Of a DNA stretch of 64,000 bases, positions 57,294 to 64,000 are shown one piece after another. The DNA comes from an uncultured Gemmatimonadaceae bacterium. Its GTDB lineage: Bacteria > Gemmatimonadota > Gemmatimonadetes > Gemmatimonadales > Gemmatimonadaceae. The stretch covers positions 1,600,001 through 1,664,000 of the forward strand of contig CAWFQK010000004.1 of the NCBI GenBank assembly GCA_963817955.1, in the 5' to 3' direction. The notes beneath the pieces are model-generated. The model was not told where the DNA came from. It was given only the letters and a program-made list of their open reading frames with translations, and searched no databases. Every line of letters begins with the position of its first letter. Position 1 is the first letter of the stretch. The position numbers and the translations under genes are program-made.

Positions 57294-59768
57294 TCAATCG
57301 GCCTTCAGTGAATCGGCTGGATTCGCGCGGGCCGCGTGCCGCGCCGGGATCCACATCGCGACCGCCGCGACCGCGAGCACGCTCGTCGCCGCTACGGCGA
57401 TCATCGACGGATCGCGCGGCGTCACCTCGAACGTCAGGCTTCCGAGCAGTCTCGAGAACGCGACGAAGACGAGGACGCCCGCGGCGGCGCCAGCGATGGC
57501 GATGCTCGCGCCTTCGCGCAGCACCAGCCATGGCGCCGAGGCGGGATCGAAACCGACGGCGATGCGAATGCTGATCTCGCGCGCGCGTAGCGCGACGACG
57601 TATGCGATCGCGCCGTACAATCCGACGATACCAAGCACCAGCGTGGCCGCGGCACCGACACCGAGCATGATGAGCGCAAACGTCATGCTGGCGCGCGAGT
57701 CGGCCACGGTCTGTTCCATGCTCGCCGGCCGGTGGAACGGGAGATTGGGGTCGAGCGCGCGCAGCTCTCGACGCAGCGCATTCGCGATCTCGGGAACAGG
57801 CGTTCGTGTTCGCACGACGAAGGCCAGGTCGCGTGTCGTCGTCTTGGCGGTCGTATCTCCATTCGGCTCCGCCGGGAAATAGACCTCGGGCACCGCGGGC
57901 AGCGTGAGCGTCGAATCGCGTACGTCGCCGACGACGCCGACGATCGTGAACCACGGTCCAGTCGCCGACGAGCGAATGCGCTTCCCCACTCCGGTGCGCC
58001 CCGTCTGGTCGTGCCACACCTGCTCGACATACTTCCGGCTTGCCACTGCCTCGAGCGCACCTCGGCGCACATTCGCGTCGTCGTAGGTCCGTCCGGCGAT
58101 GAGTGGAATGCGCATTGTCTCGAAGTAGCCGCTCGACGTGGACGTCGCCTGCACGATTGGGGGCAGGTCGGTGTTCGACGTTCGCCCGTCATCACCCCAG
58201 ACGGTCACGCGATACGGAAAGCCTTCGATCTCGAGTGGCAGCTTCGCCGTCGTCGCCACCGAGGCAACGCCAGGCAATTGACGGAAGCGAGCAATCGCGT
58301 TGCGGTAGAAGGCAGCGGCATCCTCGTCGTGTCGATAAGACGCACCAGGGAGAAACGTCCAGAAGGTGAACACGTTGGACGCCTCGAATCCTGGACTCAC
58401 GTGACGCAACCGCAGCATGCTGCGTCCGAGAATGCCGGAACCCGCGAGCAGCGCAAGCGACATCGCGACCTCGACGCCGACGAACACCGCACGTAGCCGG
58501 CGTGCCGAGCGGGAGTCGGTCGCCGTGCGGCCGGCGTCGCGTAGCACGGACATAGTTGCATGGCCGCGCCCGCGCAGCACGCCGATGAGCGCTGTCACCA
58601 GCCCGAAGGACACCAGGAACAGCGCCGCGATACCAACGACTGGTGCATCGATGCGCACTTCGTCGAGCCGCGGCACGCCCACGGGCGCGATTCGCACGAG
58701 CAAGTGCAACGCGAACCATGCGATGATGAGACCGAGCACAGTGCCAGCGGTCGCGACGAGTCCACCCTCGAGCAGCAGATCGCGCCACACGGTTCCGGCC
58801 GACGCGCCGAGCGCGCGGCGCACGGTGAGCTCGCGCTGACGCCACTCGGTTCGCACGAGCACGAGCGACGCGACGTTGCTGAACGCGACGACGACGAGCA
58901 GCCCGACGACGGCCGCCGTCATCCACAGAATGCGATCGAACCCGGCGATGACGTCATCGCGCATGGCGTGCAGCACGGGTGCGATGCGCGTCTTCCGCAT
59001 GACCATCGCCGTCGCTACGCCCGGCGCCTGCTCCGGAAAACGCTCGGCTGCACGTCCGAGAATGTGAGTGAGCTCGAGGCGTGCGGCCTCGATGGAGACG
59101 CCGGGTCGCAGGCGTCCGATACCGTCGAAGCCGAAAGTGCCGAGATAGAGCGGGTTCGTCGCGTCGAGTGGAATCCACACGGGCGTGCGCGACTCGGGAA
59201 ACGCAAAGGCGTCGGGCATGACGCCGACGATCGCTCGCTGCACGCCGTTGATGTTGATGGGTTTCCTGAGGATCGCAGGATCGCCGGCAAAATGCGATCG
59301 CCACAAGCGTTCGCTAATGAGTGCGACACCGGGCGCCCCCTTGGCTGCGTCAGCGTCGACGAGAAGGCGGCCGATCATGGGACGCACGCCGAGCACGCCG
59401 AACACAGTGGGCGTCGTCCAGGCGGCCCGTACGCGCTCGGGCGCGACGTCGCTTCCAGTATAATTGAGCGTTGCCGCGAGCGTGACGAAGACGCCCGTGG
59501 CTTCGAAGCTCCTGGTGCTCTCGCGATAGAGGGCGTACGTGCCGAGCGATTGCTTGGCCACCGGGATATCCACGCCTGGTAGCGTGTGCCACATGCCGAC
59601 GAGCCGATCCGCGCGCACATACGGCAGCGGACGCAGAATCACGGCGTTCACCAGGGCAAAGACGGAACACGCGGCGGCGACTGCCAACGCGATCGTCGTG
59701 AGGCTCGCCGCGGTGTAGGTGCGGGCGCGAGCGAGCGACCGCGCGGCGAAGCGAATCTGTTCACGCAT
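57294..59768 (-). CDS. ADOP-type duplicated ABC permease (two MacB_PCD/FtsX units)
   Basis: LRPLPY, RQRELTVRRALGA, REISIRIAVG and PARHAARANP motifs. Confidence 0.9.
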   Translation of the reverse strand: MREQIRFAARSLARARTYTAASLTTIALAVAAACSVFALVNAVILRPLPYVRADRLVGMWHTLPGVDIPVAKQSLGTYALYRESTRSFEATGVFVTLAATLNYTGSDVAPERVRAAWTTPTVFGVLGVRPMIGRLLVDADAAKGAPGVALISERLWRSHFAGDPAILRKPININGVQRAIVGVMPDAFAFPESRTPVWIPLDATNPLYLGTFGFDGIGRLRPGVSIEAARLELTHILGRAAERFPEQAPGVATAMVMRKTRIAPVLHAMRDDVIAGFDRILWMTAAVVGLLVVVAFSNVASLVLVRTEWRQRELTVRRALGASAGTVWRDLLLEGGLVATAGTVLGLIIAWFALHLLVRIAPVGVPRLDEVRIDAPVVGIAALFLVSFGLVTALIGVLRGRGHATMSVLRDAGRTATDSRSARRLRAVFVGVEVAMSLALLAGSGILGRSMLRLRHVSPGFEASNVFTFWTFLPGASYRHDEDAAAFYRNAIARFRQLPGVASVATTAKLPLEIEGFPYRVTVWGDDGRTSNTDLPPIVQATSTSSGYFETMRIPLIAGRTYDDANVRRGALEAVASRKYVEQVWHDQTGRTGVGKRIRSSATGPWFTIVGVVGDVRDSTLTLPAVPEVYFPAEPNGDTTAKTTTRDLAFVVRTRTPVPEIANALRRELRALDPNLPFHRPASMEQTVADSRASMTFALIMLGVGAAATLVLGIVGLYGAIAYVVALRAREISIRIAVGFDPASAPWLVLREGASIAIAGAAAGVLVFVAFSRLLGSLTFEVTPRDPSMIAVAATSVLAVAAVAMWIPARHAARANPADSLKAD

Positions 59769-59834
59769 GACGCCCTCTTACCTTCGTGCCGTTGGTGGAC
59801 GGTGGGGACAGCGTCGTGTAGTAGTCCCCTCGCG

Positions 59835-60167
59835 TCAGGAGGTTCCGCTCTTGACGTGACTCCGGACGTTGAGTGGGCGGATGCGCTGGATATTCTTCGC
59901 GTCCGCCGAGTGCTGCACGTAGTAGATATCCCACACGAGCTGCGCGTTGAGCCACGACTGGCCGCTCGCACCGAACAGACGCTCAAGGCGGAGTGCCGTA
60001 TCGGGCGTAACGCCCCTCTTTCCCTTGACGATCTCGTTCACGCGATTGAGCGGGACCTCGATGCGCTTGGCCAGCTCGACCTGCGTCATGGAGAGCGGCT
60101 TCAGGTAATCCTCCAGGAGAATCTCCCCTGGGTGCGCCGGTGGCTCGTGCGTAGGAATACGGACCAT
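59835..60167 (-). CDS. higA: HigA-family addiction module antitoxin (HTH)
   Basis: HPGEILLEDYLKP...RVNEIVKGKRGVTPDTALRL...WLNAQ. Confidence 0.92.
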   Translation of the reverse strand: MVRIPTHEPPAHPGEILLEDYLKPLSMTQVELAKRIEVPLNRVNEIVKGKRGVTPDTALRLERLFGASGQSWLNAQLVWDIYYVQHSADAKNIQRIRPLNVRSHVKSGTS

Positions 60168-60432
60168 GATGTCCTCGCCATGCAATTAGATACCCATGGA
60201 ATGAGCACTACCCTAGCTGTCGGACTACCCCGTGCGTTGAGCTTACCCCTAAAACACCTGCCTACCCGGTTCCCCGTCAACCATGGAACGCATGAAGCGT
60301 TGTGGGGCGTTGACCCCATCTTCACCACCCCGATCACCGGACTGACGTCGAGCATCTGGAGCGCATGGTTCAACGCTCCCGGCGATCCTCGACACGTCAT
60401 CGGAGACTGTTTACGTTGCGGTAAGAGGCGCG

Positions 60433-60867
60433 ATGTCCACGCCCGAGGTTCCATCGGGCGGCGCCAGCGGATCACCGAGAGGTACGAGGGTTTATCCCGA
60501 TGCACGAATGACGCGGTCGCATCACGCGTTTCTTGATAGACGTCCCTTGACTGAACTGATAGAGGCGCGGCAAACGAACGCAGAGTCGCGCTTGGTCGAG
60601 GCGATGCGCGAGCTCGCCGCGCTGCTCGAGAAGGAAGCGAGCAGCTTAGAGTGTGGACGACCGTCTGCCAGCTTGCTTGCAGTCGACCAGTTTCCGATTC
60701 GCTCGCTCGCCATGCGCATCGAAATGTGGCGCTCTGAAATGGTGCTGAGCTCGCGGCTGGGCACGGCCCTCTCGCGCGACTCCAAGGAGCGCCCTCGAAC
60801 GGCGCACACCGCCAACGGTTCGCCGATCGCAACCGTCATTCCGCCAGATCCAGGCGGAGCGATGTGA
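60433..60867 (+). CDS. Hypothetical protein
   Basis: 144-aa ORF with GAGG upstream and helical composition; no recognisable motif. Confidence 0.35.
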   Translation: MSTPEVPSGGASGSPRGTRVYPDARMTRSHHAFLDRRPLTELIEARQTNAESRLVEAMRELAALLEKEASSLECGRPSASLLAVDQFPIRSLAMRIEMWRSEMVLSSRLGTALSRDSKERPRTAHTANGSPIATVIPPDPGGAM

Positions 60868-61051
60868 AGTGATCGCACCGCTCGCCGTTCAGCGATCCGC
60901 CGATAGCTTTGCGCAGTCGACAACGACGGACCTGCGCGCAAGACATTGACGCGAACCGCGCGACGAGGTCTCCGTGTGCGACATGTGGGATCGTTGTAGG
61001 TGGCGCAGCGACGTACTTGCTCCTTCACGCCGGAACCCGTATTCTCCGAGT

Positions 61052-61279
61052 ATGGACTTTCGCGGCAGAATCACGATCGAGCCAGGCAAGCGGAGCGGCC
61101 AGCCGTGTATTCGCGGACTCCGCATCACCGTCGCAGATGTTCTCGACTATCTGGCGGGCGGCATGAGTGAGGATGACATTCTCACCGATTTTCCCGACCT
61201 CGAGCGTGAGGATATCCGGGCGGCTCTGGCCTTTGCGGCGGATCGCGAGCGCCGGCTTCGGGGCGACACCGCGGCGTGA
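61052..61279 (+). CDS. DUF433 family antitoxin
   Basis: RITIEPGKRSGQPCIRGLRITVADVL...DFPDLEREDIRAAL. Confidence 0.93.
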   Translation: MDFRGRITIEPGKRSGQPCIRGLRITVADVLDYLAGGMSEDDILTDFPDLEREDIRAALAFAADRERRLRGDTAA

Positions 61280-61635
61280 GCAGCTCGGGCTCTCCGCGCC
61301 TTCTCCTCGACCAGAATCTCGCCGCGAGCTTGGTCCGCCGTCTCTCCGACCTCTATCCCGAGTCGGCACACGTGCGTGAGATGGGCTTGGCCAGCGCCGA
61401 CGACGAAACGATCTGGAATGTCGCCGCCGCGAACGGGTACGTGATTGTCACTAAGGACGATGACTTCAGACAACGGAGCCTCCTGCGTGGCCCGCCGCCG
61501 TACGTTGTCTGGGTGCGCTTGGGCAACTGCCGGACTGCCGAAGTCGAAGCGTTGCTTCGCGGTCGCGTTATCGATGTGCGTGCGCTCGTTGCGGACCCCG
61601 ATGCAACCCTGCTCATCCTTTCGCATCTTCCCTGA
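61276..61635 (+). CDS. DUF5615 PIN-like toxin
   Basis: LLLDQNL, DETIW, VTKDDDF and VVWVRLGNC motifs; GTGA overlap with the DUF433 gene. Confidence 0.9.
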   Translation: MSSSGSPRLLLDQNLAASLVRRLSDLYPESAHVREMGLASADDETIWNVAAANGYVIVTKDDDFRQRSLLRGPPPYVVWVRLGNCRTAEVEALLRGRVIDVRALVADPDATLLILSHLP

Positions 61636-61716
61636 CTGCACGTCGAATTCTTGCGTCTCTGTTCGCTAGAAGATATGACTGGGCTGGTGACGTTCGGCTG
61701 ACCTCGTGAGGTCTCT

Positions 61717-61815
61717 ATTCACCTGAGGATCGAACTTGAGCGCGAAGAGGACGGGCGGTGGATCGCACGGGGTGAACGCGGGGCGGTCGGTGTGGCACGA
61801 CGCGGGTGGCTGTAG
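61717..61815 (+). pseudogene. HicB-family antitoxin remnant
   Basis: GAGGT RBS, then ATT (probable mutated ATG) and HLRIELEREEDGRWIA, a typical HicB N-terminus; similarity is lost afterwards and there is an early TAG. Confidence 0.6.
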
Positions 61816-61842
61816 CCCAGCCGCTTCGTGCGGCCGCAACAG

Positions 61843-62580
61843 TCACGCCCGCTCTGATAGACGAGCCTTGGGCAATGAAGAAGAAGCGCTCGAGCCAGGC
61901 TCGCCATCACGGATGCCGAGATAGCTCAAAACGAGTCGCGTCACCTCCGCTACGAGCTCGGCGTGCGTGAGAGACGGTTGGCTTGGGATGTCGTTGAACA
62001 GCAGCCGCTCCTGAAGAATCGACGCCGCGGCGGACAGCGCGAACGGTACGGCGATCTCGGGATGCCGATGGGCGATGTCGGACGCGTGCGATTCGAACAG
62101 ACGCTGGAGATCCGCGTACGTGCCCGCGTTGAGCGCCGCGGCGCGCTTGCGGAAATCGGCGTCGGGATGCGTGCGGGCGTACAGCACGAGCGCGCGGAGC
62201 AATGGACGGTGCAATCGATAGCCCTCCGCGATTCCGGTGACGAGCGAGGCGGCGAGCTGCCGGAGCGTGGCCCGCTGGAGCTTTCCGGTCGCCAGGGCTC
62301 GGGCATTCGTCGCCGCGACGCGCTCGAAGTAGCGCGTGTACACGGCGCGCAGGACCGCGTCCTTGTCACGAAACCGCCGATAGACGATGCCGAGCGAGAC
62401 GCCGGCACGATCGGCGATCGCCCGCAGCGTCGCCGCGTCGGCGCCGCCTTCGCGCAACAGCTCCTCGGCTGCCTCGAGCAGACTCTCGGTCGTGGCCTGG
62501 CTACGCTCCTGCTGCGCGGGCAGGGGCTGGTCGAGCAGATGTGACGCGCGGGCGGACCGCGACGGTTTGGACGGAGCCAT
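61843..62580 (-). CDS. TetR/AcrR-family regulator
   Basis: QQERSQAT...ATLRAIADRAGVSLGIVYRRFRDK. Confidence 0.95.
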   Translation of the reverse strand: MAPSKPSRSARASHLLDQPLPAQQERSQATTESLLEAAEELLREGGADAATLRAIADRAGVSLGIVYRRFRDKDAVLRAVYTRYFERVAATNARALATGKLQRATLRQLAASLVTGIAEGYRLHRPLLRALVLYARTHPDADFRKRAAALNAGTYADLQRLFESHASDIAHRHPEIAVPFALSAAASILQERLLFNDIPSQPSLTHAELVAEVTRLVLSYLGIRDGEPGSSASSSLPKARLSERA

Positions 62581-62633
62581 TGACAGGAAATTAACGTGAT
62601 CGTATGATCACATATACGTGATCGCTCGATCAC
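62580..62633 (+). promoter_or_regulatory. Sigma70 promoter TTGACA-N17-TATGAT with two GTGATC-N4-GATCAC operators
   Basis: -35 at 62580-62585, -10 at 62603-62608; palindromes at 62596-62611 and 62618-62633. Confidence 0.85.
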
Positions 62634-62680
62634 ATCATAGCACGCGCACCCGCGTTCGTCCATCGCTCGAGGATCTTCCC

Positions 62681-63817
62681 ATGACCGCGTCGCCGATCGT
62701 CGTTCCCTTCACGCTCCGGTTCGACCACATCCTTCTCGACGCACGGGTCAACGGCATTCCGGCCACGCTGGTGCTCGATACCGGTTCCGGGGCGAATGTG
62801 CTCGACGCCGAGTGGGCGACGCAGCTCAACCTCGCGGCGGGCCGTGCGGCGCAGGCGCTCGGCTCCGACCGCGTCTCGATCACCATGGCGACGATCGACG
62901 CGTTGGAGCTGGGCGACGGCAGCGTCGCGTTGCGACACGAGACGGTCGCGCTCGTGCCGCTCGGCGAGGTGAGCGCCCAACACGGGCGGCACATCCACGG
63001 CACGATCGGCTTTCCGTTCTTCATGAAGTACGTCGTCGAGATCGACTATGAGGCCCGCGTGCTTCGACTGTACGATCCGGCGGCGTTCACGTACGAAGGG
63101 GCCGGATCGCGCATGGCCGTCGACCTCTCGATGCGCCTGCCGCTGCTCGACGCGGAATTCACCGGGCGTGACGGCACGTCCATGCCGGCGCGGCTGCTGC
63201 TCGACCTCGGGACGGGCAGCTACGCCTCGGTGCTCACGCGGCCATTCGTGGCTCGCCACGAGGACACCCTCACCGCCGGCCCGACATTGAGCCGTGTGCT
63301 CGGCACCGCGGTGGGTGGCTCGATCGTTGGCCGCGTCGCCGCTCTCGATGCGTTGACGCTGGGCGGCGTCCGGATTCCGAAGCCGATCGTCGCGCTCCCG
63401 GACGAGGGACGCGGGTTCTTCGCGGTGACGTGGGCCGACGGGACGCTCGGCGCACCGGTCCTTCGCCGCACGCGGCTCATCCTCGACTATTTTCGTAAGG
63501 AAATCATCATAGAGCCTGGGCCGGGGATGAACGCGCCATTCGCGTATGACGAAAGCGGAGTGACCTTTCGGATGACAGGCTCCGAGTTTGAGAACGTCGT
63601 GATCGACGCCGTCGCTGATGGGTCGGCAGCGGCGCGCGCCGGGATTGCCGTTGGCGATACGCTGCGCACGCTCGATGGCGAGGCGGTGTCGGGGTCGTCG
63701 CTCGAGCGAGTCAGCACGTTGTTCTCGAGTCCACCGGCGAGGTACGTTTTGGGGCTCGAGAAGGAAGGACAGGCTCGCGACGTTCTGCTTGATCTCGAGG
63801 CGAGCGCTCTCGGTTAG
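62681..63817 (+). CDS. Aspartyl protease (two retropepsin-like domains) with C-terminal PDZ
   Basis: VLDTG and LLDLG motifs, GTIG/GTLG, PDZ motif GSAAARAGIAVGD; GAGG RBS before ATG 62681. Confidence 0.88.
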   Translation: MTASPIVVPFTLRFDHILLDARVNGIPATLVLDTGSGANVLDAEWATQLNLAAGRAAQALGSDRVSITMATIDALELGDGSVALRHETVALVPLGEVSAQHGRHIHGTIGFPFFMKYVVEIDYEARVLRLYDPAAFTYEGAGSRMAVDLSMRLPLLDAEFTGRDGTSMPARLLLDLGTGSYASVLTRPFVARHEDTLTAGPTLSRVLGTAVGGSIVGRVAALDALTLGGVRIPKPIVALPDEGRGFFAVTWADGTLGAPVLRRTRLILDYFRKEIIIEPGPGMNAPFAYDESGVTFRMTGSEFENVVIDAVADGSAAARAGIAVGDTLRTLDGEAVSGSSLERVSTLFSSPPARYVLGLEKEGQARDVLLDLEASALG

Positions 63818-64000
63818 CGGACTGTTGAACTACGCGTGCATCGCCAGCGCGGTGGCAAGAGAACTCGACGCGGGTCGCCATAGAGTCGCCGAAGAGGTGC
63901 ATCTTCACGCCGCAATGAAGTGTTCAATTCTCGGAATGAGGTGGATGAACGCCGAAGGCAGCTGAACGTCTAGCGCAGCCAACTGGACGGTTGCCGAGGT

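Noticed and set aside
63818..64000. Short ORFs at the right edge
   Set aside because: No recognisable motif, and the context is cut off by the window end.

Overview
GC-rich bacterial chromosomal segment. The gene content suggests Gemmatimonadota (SusC/SusD pair, SARP-TPR regulators, ADOP permease, many secreted peptidases); this is an inference. About 45 CDS can be supported: peptidases and hydrolases (two CocE/NonD, one of them frameshifted; S46; S9; S12; M61; aspartyl protease-PDZ), MFS, ABC and MacAB-TolC-type transporters, two ApbE flavinylation loci, a hemerythrin / diguanylate cyclase / Cys-rich kinase signalling block, and a toxin-antitoxin hotspot. No rRNA, tRNA, CRISPR array, transposase or integrase was seen. 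The most unusual signal is a family of short tandem-repeat arrays. At 16565-17388, mirrored arrays form a ~110-bp inverted repeat that encloses a four-helix-bundle (23S-IVP/Avd-like) gene, and the arm ends coincide with the stop codons of both convergent neighbours. The same 17-bp unit brackets an AT-rich foreign-looking gene and truncates a padR gene at 30311-31193. A second inverted-array cassette with decayed cargo lies at 909-1198, and heptamer tracts with a shared 48-bp element recur at gene 3' ends. All calls come from reading motifs by eye; no database searches were run.
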